The notes under the pieces are model-generated. The model was not told where the DNA came from, did no database searches, and worked only from the letters and a program-made list of their open reading frames with translations. Of a stretch of DNA of 64,000 nt, positions 18,181 through 28,047 are shown in pieces. The position numbers and the translations under genes are program-made. How positions within the stretch are numbered: position 1 is the first letter of the stretch; the number at the start of each line of letters is the position of its first letter. The stretch covers positions 168,701 to 232,700 of the forward strand of contig CAZSQZ010000004.1 of the NCBI GenBank assembly GCA_964609215.1, read 5' to 3'. Origin of the DNA: an uncultured Flavobacteriales bacterium. Lineage in GTDB: Bacteria; Bacteroidota; Bacteroidia; Flavobacteriales_D; JABDKJ01.

Positions 18181-19827
18181 TCAATAAACTGAATTCTTGG
18201 TTACATCAAAATGAATTTTAGAATCTATTGCATCACCATTAATATCCGTGCACTCGACCCTAAATCCAGTAAAGTTTCCAGGAACTCCCAGTAACTGTGA
18301 AATACCACATACCGTAGGAGTAAATGAAAAATCATTTCCAAGCCCTACAACACTTCCATTCGAATCATCGTAGATTTCAACAACAAAATCTTCTGTTTCT
18401 CCCCAAGTAGCTGTTCTGCATGGTTCATCCCATAAAGTAGGGTTTGAATTAGTACCGCCTGTCCAAGTAGAATACACTCTTAAGTTGGTTAATCCAAAAT
18501 CTACAGCAATAGAAGCATCAGTAGGAAAGGTAAACTGACCTGGAGTACCATTTTGAACAAAAGGAGAAGTTTGAACAGGGTGAGCCGCCAAATGAGCGGA
18601 ACCATTACATCCACTTCCTGCATTTCCCTGACCTCCAGTACAAGGTGGAGGAGTAACTTGACCTAAAAATTCTCCAACATCTGCAAAATCTCCATCTCTG
18701 TTCCAATCGATATACGCTGCCATAGCATCTGACCAGTGAGGAGAAGACTCGACATAAATTTCAAAATGATCTGTAGCTGCATTTCCTATTCTTAAAGAAA
18801 CTTGATTGTCTTGTTGAGTATCTAATGCAGCAGTTCCATTCGTAGTTTCTGCTGGGTGATAAATGTTATTACAAAAGGAATTCACCGATGCGTTTATACC
18901 ATCTGGAAGATAACGACCGTAATTACCTCCACCGTTTTGAACAACACAAGGATCTGCTGCCTGAAGAATGCAATCTGTTGTCAAGCCCCAGCAACCACCT
19001 GCTAAAAGTGACTGATTAGCTGCAGCTGGTGGTGCACCAGTTGAAAGTGGAGGAGTTCCGGTCATCCATGACTGAGGCCATGAACATCCATTTCCATCCG
19101 CGATAGCACTTACAAATTCAGGTGTTGAAGTATCGTTGGTATATCCTCCTGGGATAGTATTTGAATTTAATACTGGTAAAAACCCAACTCCATTTTGAAT
19201 CACTTGCGTTTCAGTAGTTCCCCCAACTTCAACGGTAGAAACTATTCTCACCGCTTCGCACTGATCAGAGTTAAAGTCAGCTGTACAGTTTGCAGTAAAA
19301 CTCGGAGTACAAGTAACATCGGGCACTGGCAAATCATCGGGTAAAGGAAATTGATTCGCCTCTGAAGACATTGTAATAGTAGGATAGGTATTAAAAGGAG
19401 CGGCAAAGCTTACTTGATAATTGCCCAATCCTAAGTTGGTAGCAGTAAAACCTGTACCTTCAGTAGAGAACTGGTACATATCCGTAATAGTATCCCAATT
19501 CGTTCCTACTACTCCTGTAAAACCAAATGGCTTGTATTTTAACCATCTATCACCTTCCCAATAATATAGGCCGACATCACCATCCGTTTGATAGATTAAT
19601 ATTGCTTCGCCATTATTTGCTGATGCTCCAAGAGTTGAACCAAATGCATTTCTCTGGGTCTCTGTCATTTGAGGCACTAAAAAACCTTGGGAATTAGAAC
19701 CGTCCAATTCTAGAATGGCAGAAGGATCAGCACCTGATGTTCCATCTCCACCTATTCTTATATTCTGTGAATTTGCTGTAAAAACAAATAAAATCAAGAA
19801 CGCTGTTGTTAACCTAAAAATTCTCAT
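18181..19827 (-). CDS. Secreted GEVED-domain protein, paralog 2
   Basis: Same layout as paralog 1: DPSAILELDGSNSQGFLVPQMTETQ..., IDWNRDGDFADVGE...GETEDFVVEIYD, and TPTVCGISQL..GFRVECTDINGDAIDSKIHFDVTKNSVY. Confidence 0.8.
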   Translation of the reverse strand: MRIFRLTTAFLILFVFTANSQNIRIGGDGTSGADPSAILELDGSNSQGFLVPQMTETQRNAFGSTLGASANNGEAILIYQTDGDVGLYYWEGDRWLKYKPFGFTGVVGTNWDTITDMYQFSTEGTGFTATNLGLGNYQVSFAAPFNTYPTITMSSEANQFPLPDDLPVPDVTCTPSFTANCTADFNSDQCEAVRIVSTVEVGGTTETQVIQNGVGFLPVLNSNTIPGGYTNDTSTPEFVSAIADGNGCSWPQSWMTGTPPLSTGAPPAAANQSLLAGGCWGLTTDCILQAADPCVVQNGGGNYGRYLPDGINASVNSFCNNIYHPAETTNGTAALDTQQDNQVSLRIGNAATDHFEIYVESSPHWSDAMAAYIDWNRDGDFADVGEFLGQVTPPPCTGGQGNAGSGCNGSAHLAAHPVQTSPFVQNGTPGQFTFPTDASIAVDFGLTNLRVYSTWTGGTNSNPTLWDEPCRTATWGETEDFVVEIYDDSNGSVVGLGNDFSFTPTVCGISQLLGVPGNFTGFRVECTDINGDAIDSKIHFDVTKNSVY

Positions 19828-19832
19828 TGTTC

Positions 19833-21185
19833 TTAAAATTTATCATAAACATTAAAGTGAAAACGAACATCTTCAGATATACCTTGAGAGGTATAGCATC
19901 TAACTATAAAACCGTTCTGATTAGGTTCTGAAACATTGCAAAAATTTCCATCAAAATTAAATTCAGGAGCTCCTCCAGAAATCAAAATATCGAAATCTAT
20001 GGTATGACCACTATATATATCCGCAAAATTAGCTAGGCAAGATTCTCCTAAATCTGGATTTAATCCAGTTTGTCCTCCACCAGCATCTGATCTTTGAACC
20101 ACAACTCTCATTTTGGTCTGACCATTTATAGCCGAGGTTGGAACAAGAAAATTAATAGCTTCAGGTGTTGCCCATGTTGCCTGAGTAAAAGAATAAATAG
20201 GCTCTCCTGCATCTGAAAAATCTCCATCTTTATTATAATCTATTGAGATTTGAATCTGCGTCTCGAAAGGACTACCTGTTTCAATAATAGGATCAAAAAA
20301 TGGTTGAACTTGCACTTGATAAGCGTTTCCAGCTATAACTGGTGTTAAATTGTACACCTCAGCAGTACCAGTACTAGTCCATGAAGCTGAGTTTGGATGA
20401 GGAAAACGATCATTACCATCACCTAAAATATCCCATTGACTAGGATTAGATGGGCCTGGAGCATCTTGATCATAATATACAAATCTTCCAGGAGGGTTAT
20501 CATCTAACGTAAGTGGCTCAAAACCGATTGCTCTATCTCTTCCAAATGCGAATTGATTCAATCCAAATGAAGGAGCCAAATCGGTTTCAAAATGAATTAT
20601 AGGTGTTGCAAGTGAAGCTTGAGCGGCAAAATAAAAGAAGTGTAAGTGATTATTATCAGTTACTCCATCACCCCATGTTCCATTACAAATGTTAGGTATA
20701 TCTATTATATCATACTCAGCAGTTGCAACGACAACTGGAGTACCAGTAAAAGTATAATTACTCAGGTCAAATTGAACTTGTCCCGTATTTAATTTTGTAG
20801 TTATCAGTTGAGTTCCATCGGTAGTAACTATACCTGCATTATTTCCAGTATATGAAATACCAGAAGCACCAGTTGCAACTCCTGAAGCAAATCCATTAAA
20901 GGAATTATGTCTAAATGGAATCCACTCGGCACCTACAAATTGATAATATCCAGGAAAATCACCATCTGTTTGATAGATTATTAAGCCTTCAGCGGGAGAA
21001 GCAGGTAAATCTGCCTCTGCCATACGCGGAGCTAGAAATCCTTGAGGTGCATTTGCCCATTCCAATTCTAATAAAGCCTGTGGATGAGGTCTAGAACCAT
21101 CATGATTAATGGCAAAACCAGGAGACTGAGCATTTAACGCCAGCCCTAATATTAATGAAAGTGTGACTGCAAATAAATTCTTCAT
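19833..21185 (-). CDS. Secreted GEVED-like protein, paralog 3 (diverged)
   Basis: HPQALLELEWANAPQGFLAPRMAEAD..LIIYQTDGDFPGYYQFVGAEWIPF, IDYNKDGDFSDAGE, and C-module FCNVSEPNQNGFIVRCYTSQGISEDVRFHFNVYDKF. Confidence 0.75.
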   Translation of the reverse strand: MKNLFAVTLSLILGLALNAQSPGFAINHDGSRPHPQALLELEWANAPQGFLAPRMAEADLPASPAEGLIIYQTDGDFPGYYQFVGAEWIPFRHNSFNGFASGVATGASGISYTGNNAGIVTTDGTQLITTKLNTGQVQFDLSNYTFTGTPVVVATAEYDIIDIPNICNGTWGDGVTDNNHLHFFYFAAQASLATPIIHFETDLAPSFGLNQFAFGRDRAIGFEPLTLDDNPPGRFVYYDQDAPGPSNPSQWDILGDGNDRFPHPNSASWTSTGTAEVYNLTPVIAGNAYQVQVQPFFDPIIETGSPFETQIQISIDYNKDGDFSDAGEPIYSFTQATWATPEAINFLVPTSAINGQTKMRVVVQRSDAGGGQTGLNPDLGESCLANFADIYSGHTIDFDILISGGAPEFNFDGNFCNVSEPNQNGFIVRCYTSQGISEDVRFHFNVYDKF

Positions 21186-21194
21186 AATTCCTAA

Positions 21195-22340
21195 TTATTT
21201 TTCATGGACTTTAAAGTGATACTTTACGTTAATTGGGTTTCCATCTATATCCTGGCAATAAACCCTTACCCTTCTATTACCAGAATCATTAACTGAACAG
21301 AATGGTTTTAGAATTGGATAATTACCTGAGGTGCTACATAAAGGAATAAAATAATCTTCAACCTCAGCAAAACCTGTTGACTGAGGAGGAATACAACCAT
21401 CCAAATTAGTATTAGTTTGAAAAGATCTTGCCATAATTCTGACAGCTGTAAATTTTGCTTGAGCATTCAAAGGAATAGCAGGAACCGTTACATTGAACAC
21501 TATTGGTGCTGGAGTGGTATAGGTTTGACCAAAGACGGTTTCTCCAACATCGAAAATTCCATCTGCATTCCAATCTATCCAAACCTGTAATCTCTGACCG
21601 AATGGATTTCCAAATGGCTGAACATTAAAGTTCAGAACGTCTCCTTGAGATATACAATCATTAATACTATTATCTAATAAAGGGTGCGCATAGTAGGATG
21701 TTTGTTCAGCACCTGTTCCTAAATTTTGAATTAAGTTAGTTCCACCATTTGAAATACTTACTGAATTCACAAAAGCCGTAATAGATGCCGAAGGTGCATT
21801 GCTTGGATTGTAATTTAAAATACAATAATCCGCAACATTCTCATGAATTTGGAGTGGAGCTTCAGTATTTTCACCTGAAACAAGAACTTCTGGTACTTTA
21901 ACAGCTGTCTCACCCAAGAAGTCTGAGAAGGTTATTTCATCAATACCCGGAGCCAAATGTTCAACCGTATAACCCAAAGAACCCGGTTGACTATTATTCA
22001 GTCGAATGCTTGTTATATTATCCATTTGAACTACACCATATAACATCTGAGCTCTTCTCCATGCATTAAATGAATTAGAAGTGTCATAGTAATAGAAACC
22101 AGTATCCTCTTTATTCTGAAATACCCATAAAGCATTTGCGGGAGATGGAAGATCTGCTCTTTGCGCACTATCCATCCTTGTCATCAGAAACCCTTTTTCT
22201 GAACCTGCAGTTTGAGTCGTTCTCAAATCCAATATAGCACTAGGATGGGCGGCTGTGCCTGGAGTCAAAGCAACTCTACTTTGACCTTGAATGGCGCACG
22301 TTATCATAATAAAGGCACCAATAATAGATAAGCTTTTCAT
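21195..22340 (-). CDS. Secreted GEVED-domain protein, paralog 4 (diverged, first gene of the array)
   Basis: HPSAILDLRTTQTAGSEKGFLMTRMDSAQ..LWVFQNKEDTGFYYYD, IDWNADGIFDVGE...GFAEVEDYFIPL, and C-module FCSVNDSGNRRVRVYCQDIDGNPINVKYHFKVHEK. Confidence 0.75.
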   Translation of the reverse strand: MKSLSIIGAFIMITCAIQGQSRVALTPGTAAHPSAILDLRTTQTAGSEKGFLMTRMDSAQRADLPSPANALWVFQNKEDTGFYYYDTSNSFNAWRRAQMLYGVVQMDNITSIRLNNSQPGSLGYTVEHLAPGIDEITFSDFLGETAVKVPEVLVSGENTEAPLQIHENVADYCILNYNPSNAPSASITAFVNSVSISNGGTNLIQNLGTGAEQTSYYAHPLLDNSINDCISQGDVLNFNVQPFGNPFGQRLQVWIDWNADGIFDVGETVFGQTYTTPAPIVFNVTVPAIPLNAQAKFTAVRIMARSFQTNTNLDGCIPPQSTGFAEVEDYFIPLCSTSGNYPILKPFCSVNDSGNRRVRVYCQDIDGNPINVKYHFKVHEK

Positions 22341-22479
22341 AACTTGGGTTAATTAATTGAATTCAATCCAAGCCTAAATTTATGAAAAATAACCTTTGGA
22401 GGAAAATTATTTTACATATATAATGTAAACAGAAGTTGAAATCCCGAAATACTCAGACGAAATAAATAGGATACTTTAC

Positions 22480-24081
22480 TTAATTGCTTTTAATAATCTT
22501 TGAAAGACCTAAAATATTTCCGCTATTATCAGCAAATGACAAGGTATAAAATCCACTTGTTAAATGACTAAGGTCTAATCTATTACGAGAATCATTAACA
22601 TCCATTTCGGAAACTAAATTCCCAAGAACATCAAAAATTTGAACGCTGCTTAAATCAAACAATGCATTATTGTCAAAAATCACAAAATCTTGCACTGGAT
22701 TTGGAAATAAGTCAACTTCTTGGAAAGAATTATCATCAGTAGAATTAATAAAATCCAATGTATCTAAACAACCGCCTTCTGGTGAAGAGATATATACTCC
22801 CAAGGGCGAACCATTGCTATTAGCAGCGGTATTATCAAAACCAGCAACAATAACAACACTCGCAAGATTCTCTAGTTCTAAATCATCCAAAGGAAGTATG
22901 TAATTTTGTAATTCCCCTAATCCAGTTTCAGACAAAAATATCTCCTCCGTGTCCGTATCTATTCCAACATAAGAACTAGCTTGTCCATAATCAACTCCAG
23001 AAACAATGGATGGACCTCCTACTATTTCAACATCTATTTGAGAAACATCAGTTACCGCGTGAAAAAACACCAAATCTGTCTCACCGCTTGCTTGTGCGCT
23101 GCTTTGAGCGGGGTTTATATAAGATATATCTAATGGAACTACCCCGTTACCAGGAGAATATCCAGATGAACTTGCTATTCCATGAACAACACCAATTAAT
23201 TGATCTCCATCCAAAAAATCATCTGTAAAGGTTGCGATAGGATTAGAAGCATCTGTTGAGTTTGCCGGATTAACAGTAATTTCATTTGATCCAGCTGGTA
23301 CGATTATGGAAGTTGTACTACATAAGAAATCTAAATCATCAAAGCTAGGATCTGGGAATTCACCATTTACTCTTATGTCAACCGTTTCAGCTGCTGCATC
23401 TCCACTTGCATGAATAAATTGAACTTCAGCAAATTCATCTACTTCATAAAATCCGTTCACCTTAAGGTCTATCCAACCAAAAGTAGAATTAAAAAAATCT
23501 TCATGTGGGACGAAGGTTGCTCCATCATTGGCAGAATAAAACTGTCTGCAAGAAGGTCTAGCAATTCCATCCCAAACAGGGCTAAGTACTTGGTTGGATG
23601 AGCCATTCCAGGATAAAATCTTCCATGTCACAAAAAAAGGTTCATCTAAAGGTATTCCCCCCGTTGGAATAAAATACTCGGTAATATCTTCGGTGTCCTG
23701 AACCGTCTTTGTAAAAACTGGAGATGTCCAAATATTATCGCCCACTCCTGCACAAGGATTAGCAGGGTCGTTAAGCGCAAAAACACCAAATTCAAAGGTT
23801 CCTGTTCCATTTGCCGGATTTGGATTATCGAACCAACCAGCGTCTGCAATTGGAAATTCTAATGAAGTTAAAACGTATCCTCCAGTTGCTTCACAACCTG
23901 GATTTCCGGCAGAACCATCCAAGGTGGGGTCTACATATATATATGCAGTTACATCCTCAAAAAAAAGTAGAAAACCTTGGTTAGGGTCTCCTTGATTATT
24001 GTCAAACGAACATTGCACTTGAGCATGTCCCATAAACGTTAATACTAAAGCGCTAAAAAGTAAAACTCCTTTTTTTATCAT
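22480..24081 (-). CDS. Secreted protein with a DUF4397-like region and a T9SS type A C-terminal domain
   Basis: Signal peptide ...FMGHAQ. VQFIHASGDAAAETVDIRVNG resembles DUF4397. C-terminus VDLFPNPVQDFVIFD...GFYTLSFADNSGNILGLSKIIKSN. Confidence 0.65.
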   Translation of the reverse strand: MIKKGVLLFSALVLTFMGHAQVQCSFDNNQGDPNQGFLLFFEDVTAYIYVDPTLDGSAGNPGCEATGGYVLTSLEFPIADAGWFDNPNPANGTGTFEFGVFALNDPANPCAGVGDNIWTSPVFTKTVQDTEDITEYFIPTGGIPLDEPFFVTWKILSWNGSSNQVLSPVWDGIARPSCRQFYSANDGATFVPHEDFFNSTFGWIDLKVNGFYEVDEFAEVQFIHASGDAAAETVDIRVNGEFPDPSFDDLDFLCSTTSIIVPAGSNEITVNPANSTDASNPIATFTDDFLDGDQLIGVVHGIASSSGYSPGNGVVPLDISYINPAQSSAQASGETDLVFFHAVTDVSQIDVEIVGGPSIVSGVDYGQASSYVGIDTDTEEIFLSETGLGELQNYILPLDDLELENLASVVIVAGFDNTAANSNGSPLGVYISSPEGGCLDTLDFINSTDDNSFQEVDLFPNPVQDFVIFDNNALFDLSSVQIFDVLGNLVSEMDVNDSRNRLDLSHLTSGFYTLSFADNSGNILGLSKIIKSN

Positions 24082-24178
24082 TTATCCTATTTTTTCGGGA
24101 TTCGCGAATATAGACCTTTCTTCGATTAAAGCCACTTTTTTATAGACTATGTGCTTGGAATGCTTGGAGAGCAAAAAA

Positions 24179-26068
24179 TTATTCTATTCCTAAATCCAAT
24201 TGCTCCTGAAACGCTTTTAACAGTGGATTCTCCCTGCTCATTTCATCAAATCTTTCTCTGGAGCCTTTCTCTCTTGGTGTATTTTGTGATTCTGAAATTT
24301 CATACTCGAAATCTACATAGTCATTAAGCAAACTTTTTCTTAAGTAAGAAACGAGATCTTGTTTTTCATCCAACAAAGAACTTTCCAATACTTTATTATC
24401 TATAATGAGCTTGATAATATTATCTTGAAAACTTGGATTATTTGATGTGAAAAAAGAATATAGATTATACTTTCCATTCTGTTTTAATATTTGAGCATAA
24501 TCATTCCAAACTCCTATCAATTTTTCAAATTCAATTTCCTCGGAGTTCAAAGTTTTTTCTGAAACCTTATAGTCCGCTTTTTCCTCTGCAACTTGGGCAA
24601 TTCCTGCCCCTTCATTTGCAATAACATCAATATCCTGAAGGTTAAGCGAAATAGAATTTTTAGACCTTAAAATTTTTGGTTTGCTTGGAACTATATTTTC
24701 CTCGCCTGCGGTTGCATCAGATGAATAACTCTTACTACTTTCTGAATTTTCCTCATTACTTTTTTGTTCAATTAAATCTTGTTCGGAAGAAACTTTACTT
24801 TGCTCAAAAGCTTTATTTGTAGATTCCTTCTCCTTAATCGAATCTTGAACTAATTCAACTTTATCTGCTTTTTTGGCAACAGAAGAATTTTCAACTTCCA
24901 GTTCCTGTCTCACAGACACTTCCTCATCTTTCTTTTCCGAAATATTTGGCTTATCTGCCAAGCTTTCCTGAGTAACTACTGACCTAAAATCAGGAGTTTT
25001 TTTTTCCTTTGGCTTTCCGAAGAGGTTTGCAATTTTCATTAAACTCAACTCCACGAGAATCCTTGGATTAGAAACCGTTTTGAGTTGAATCTCTGCTTCA
25101 TTCATAAAGTGTAAGCCGTTAAGCAAAAACTTCTCTTCAATATTTTGTGCTTGTTCTAGATACTTGTTTCTAAGTCTATCACTAACCTCTAACAACTCCA
25201 CTGTCCCCTGATCCTTGCAAACCATTAAATCCCTTAAATGCTGAGAAAATCCAGAAGCAAAATGAGATAATTCAAAACCATTAGCAAGTACTTCCTCGAC
25301 AATTAAGAAAATACCTGATCTATCGTTTGACTTGATTAATTCAGTCAACCTAAAGTAAAAATCAAAGTCTAGGATATTTAAATTCTCTAAGACCTTTTCA
25401 TAGGTAACATTCTTACCATTGAAACTAACAATCTGATCAAAAATAGAAAGGGCATCTCTTAAAGCACCGTCTGCTTTTTGAGCCAACAAATGAAGAGCTT
25501 CCTCATCGGCATTTACTCCTTCTTCTCCAGCAACATAAGCCAGATGACTGGCTATATCTTTTGTTGTAATTCTATTGAAATCATATATCTGACAACGAGA
25601 AAGAATAGTAGGTAAGATCTTGTGCTTCTCAGTTGTAGCTAAGATAAATATTGCATGGCTGGGAGGTTCTTCAAGGGTCTTCAAAAAGGCATTAAAAGCT
25701 TGTTTGGTAAGCATATGAACCTCATCAATGATATACACCTTATATTTTCCAACCTGTGGTTGAATTCTTACTTGATCAATTAGCTGACGTATGTCTTCAA
25801 CCTTATTATTAGAAGCTGCATCTAATTCAAAAATATTAAAAGAAAAATCTCTATCATCCTGAGCATTCTCTTGATTAATTGTTTTTGCAAAAATTCTAGC
25901 GCAACTTGTTTTACCAACTCCCCTTGGACCACAAAACAAATAAGCATGTGCCAGTTGATTATTTCTTATGGCATTTTCAAGTGTTCTAGTTATTGAATCC
26001 TGCCCCACTACTGTCCCAAAAGTAGACGGTCTATATTTCCTTGCTGAAACAATAAAATCGCTCATCAA
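24179..26068 (-). CDS. dnaX: DNA polymerase III subunit gamma/tau
   Basis: ARKYRPSTFGTVVGQD, CGPRGVGKTS (Walker A), YIIDEVHML (Walker B), LEEPP and SRCQ (sensor), followed by a long low-complexity acidic/Ser-rich tau-type C-terminal half. Confidence 0.92.
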   Translation of the reverse strand: MMSDFIVSARKYRPSTFGTVVGQDSITRTLENAIRNNQLAHAYLFCGPRGVGKTSCARIFAKTINQENAQDDRDFSFNIFELDAASNNKVEDIRQLIDQVRIQPQVGKYKVYIIDEVHMLTKQAFNAFLKTLEEPPSHAIFILATTEKHKILPTILSRCQIYDFNRITTKDIASHLAYVAGEEGVNADEEALHLLAQKADGALRDALSIFDQIVSFNGKNVTYEKVLENLNILDFDFYFRLTELIKSNDRSGIFLIVEEVLANGFELSHFASGFSQHLRDLMVCKDQGTVELLEVSDRLRNKYLEQAQNIEEKFLLNGLHFMNEAEIQLKTVSNPRILVELSLMKIANLFGKPKEKKTPDFRSVVTQESLADKPNISEKKDEEVSVRQELEVENSSVAKKADKVELVQDSIKEKESTNKAFEQSKVSSEQDLIEQKSNEENSESSKSYSSDATAGEENIVPSKPKILRSKNSISLNLQDIDVIANEGAGIAQVAEEKADYKVSEKTLNSEEIEFEKLIGVWNDYAQILKQNGKYNLYSFFTSNNPSFQDNIIKLIIDNKVLESSLLDEKQDLVSYLRKSLLNDYVDFEYEISESQNTPREKGSRERFDEMSRENPLLKAFQEQLDLGIE

Positions 26069-26112
26069 ACAAATATAAATTTATTTTCATCGTTACAAGT
26101 CAAATTAACCAC

Positions 26113-27315
26113 ATGAAACTAACTCTATTTTTAATATTGATTTTCATTCATGCTGGCTCCTATTTTTCTCAAACCGACTTAGAGATTATAAAACTAAGTC
26201 CTCTGCCAACTTTTGGAAGAGACAATGCCTCTGGTTTTGCAATTCAAAACTTAGGTTATATCTGTTGCGGTTCATTCGGTGTTGAGGGTGGTTTTGAAAT
26301 GAGGCAGGACTTTTGGAGATATGATCCAAATCAGGATTCATGGTCTCAATTACCAAATTTTCCTGAAGAGCCTAGACAATTCGCCATGTCTTTCGAAAAT
26401 GAAAATTATGGGTATGTGATTGGTGGTCAAAATTCCAATACTTTTTTTAACGACATGTGGAGATTTGATCCTTTAAATGAAGTCTGGCAAGAAATGACAC
26501 CATTTCCTGGAGTAGCTAGAGCTGCTGGATCAATTTTTACTGCAAATGGTTTTGCATATCTAGGCACGGGTAGAGATAACACCGAAGTTTTTAAAGATTT
26601 TTGGAAATATGATATTGAAAACGATCAATGGACACAGCTTAGTGATTTTCCTGGTGGGTTGCGTTTTGAAACCAATGCTTTTTTCCGAAACGGCAAAGGC
26701 TTCCTAGGTTTAGGTCGAAATGAAAATTTCGAGTTTCAAAATGACATTTGGACTTTTGATTTATTAAATGAGATTTGGCAAGAGGAATGTGACATTTTAG
26801 AGCCTTTAGCATACACACAAGCGGAAATAGCTGGCGATTATGTTATTCTATTTGGTGGTCAGTACTCTGACTTAACTTTATCAAATACTGCTATAGCTCT
26901 TGATTTAACAACTCAATCTAATGACCTTTGTAATCTTCATGAAAAGGTTATCGAAATGGAAAAACGAAGGGAAAGTGCAGGATTTTCAATTGGTGATTCA
27001 GCATACTTTTTGGGAGGCTTATTTCTCGACAATATCAAAACAAATGAGCTATATAGAATTAGCACAGAAAATAATGACAGATTGCAAAAAGAGTTCATCT
27101 CATTTTATGCAAATGGAACTATTCTTTTCGATTCTGAAGAAATCATTGATAAAGTCAAAATATTCAATCAGATTGGTCAAATTATTGCCTCTGATTATCC
27201 ATTTGCAAGCAAGGGGTCAATACATGTCCCAAATACGAAACCTGGAATATATATAGTAAGCTATGAATCAAAATTATTCTCTGGCAGCGTTAAATTACTG
27301 ATTACCAATGATTAA
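26113..27315 (+). CDS. Kelch-repeat protein with a probable T9SS type A C-terminal domain
   Basis: Repeated FWRYDPNQDSWSQLPNFP, MWRFDPLNEVWQEMTPFP, FWKYDIENDQWTQLSDFP and IWTFDLLNEIWQE. The C-terminus IFNQIGQIIA...PGIYIVSYES...VKLLITND is CTD-like. Confidence 0.65.
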   Translation: MKLTLFLILIFIHAGSYFSQTDLEIIKLSPLPTFGRDNASGFAIQNLGYICCGSFGVEGGFEMRQDFWRYDPNQDSWSQLPNFPEEPRQFAMSFENENYGYVIGGQNSNTFFNDMWRFDPLNEVWQEMTPFPGVARAAGSIFTANGFAYLGTGRDNTEVFKDFWKYDIENDQWTQLSDFPGGLRFETNAFFRNGKGFLGLGRNENFEFQNDIWTFDLLNEIWQEECDILEPLAYTQAEIAGDYVILFGGQYSDLTLSNTAIALDLTTQSNDLCNLHEKVIEMEKRRESAGFSIGDSAYFLGGLFLDNIKTNELYRISTENNDRLQKEFISFYANGTILFDSEEIIDKVKIFNQIGQIIASDYPFASKGSIHVPNTKPGIYIVSYESKLFSGSVKLLITND

Positions 27316-27364
27316 CGAAAATAAATATTACACGTTTAAACTTTCATGGGAGGGTGAAAATAAT

Positions 27365-27372
27365 TACCTTTG
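27365..27372 (+). promoter_or_regulatory. Candidate Bacteroidota -7 promoter box (TAnnTTTG) for the rpsF operon
   Basis: tacctttg lies 32 nt upstream of the rpsF ATG. There is no clean -33 TTG element, so this is tentative. Confidence 0.4.
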
Positions 27373-27403
27373 CGCTCCAATTTTTAAAAGTTAAATTATA
27401 ATA

Positions 27404-27760
27404 ATGAGAAATCGATACGAAACCGTATTCATCTTAACTCCCGTTTTGTCTGAAGATCAGGCAAAGGATGCGGTTAAAAATTTTAAATCGTTTCTTAAAG
27501 ATCAAGGAGCCGATATTAAGTTTGATGAGGATTGGGGGCTGAGAAAATTAGCTTACCCGATTCAAAAGAAAACTACTGGATTCTACTATTTGTTTGAATT
27601 CGAGTCTGAAGGTGCTGTGATTGATAAGTTCGAGACAATGTTCAGAAGAGATGAACGTGTCATCAGATTTTTAACCATCAAGATGGACAACGATCACATT
27701 GCATTCGCAGAGCGAAGAAGAAACAAAGCAAAAGAACCTAAAGCTGAAGCAGCTAATTAA
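27404..27760 (+). CDS. rpsF: 30S ribosomal protein S6
   Basis: [22 protein letters not shown]...[23 protein letters not shown]. Confidence 0.93.
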   Translation: MRNRYETVFILTPVLSEDQAKDAVKNFKSFLKDQGADIKFDEDWGLRKLAYPIQKKTTGFYYLFEFESEGAVIDKFETMFRRDERVIRFLTIKMDNDHIAFAERRRNKAKEPKAEAAN

Positions 27761-27771
27761 AAAAGAATATT

Positions 27772-28035
27772 ATGGCGGACAAGGATATTAGATATTTAGC
27801 ACCCATTGATATTGACACCAAAAAATCTAAGTATTGTAGATTTAAGAAAAATGGTATCAAATACATTGATTATAAAGACCCTGATTATTTAATGATGTTA
27901 TTAAATGAGCAGGGAAAGATTTTGCCAAGAAGACTTACTGGTACTTCATTAAAGTATCAAAGAAAAGTGGGTCAAGCGATTAAAAGAGCAAGACACTTGG
28001 CTATTTTACCATACGTAGGCGATATGCTGAAATAA
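27772..28035 (+). CDS. rpsR: 30S ribosomal protein S18
   Basis: [21 protein letters not shown]...[34 protein letters not shown]. Confidence 0.93.
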   Translation: MADKDIRYLAPIDIDTKKSKYCRFKKNGIKYIDYKDPDYLMMLLNEQGKILPRRLTGTSLKYQRKVGQAIKRARHLAILPYVGDMLK

Positions 28036-28047
28036 AGACAAATTGTT

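Noticed and set aside
22411-22429. Inverted repeat tttacat-atata-atgtaaa upstream of the four-paralog operon, a possible operator or invertible-promoter boundary
   Set aside because: The arms are only 7 bp and AT-only, there is no second copy to define an invertible segment, and no recombinase is nearby. This is expected by chance in AT-rich DNA.
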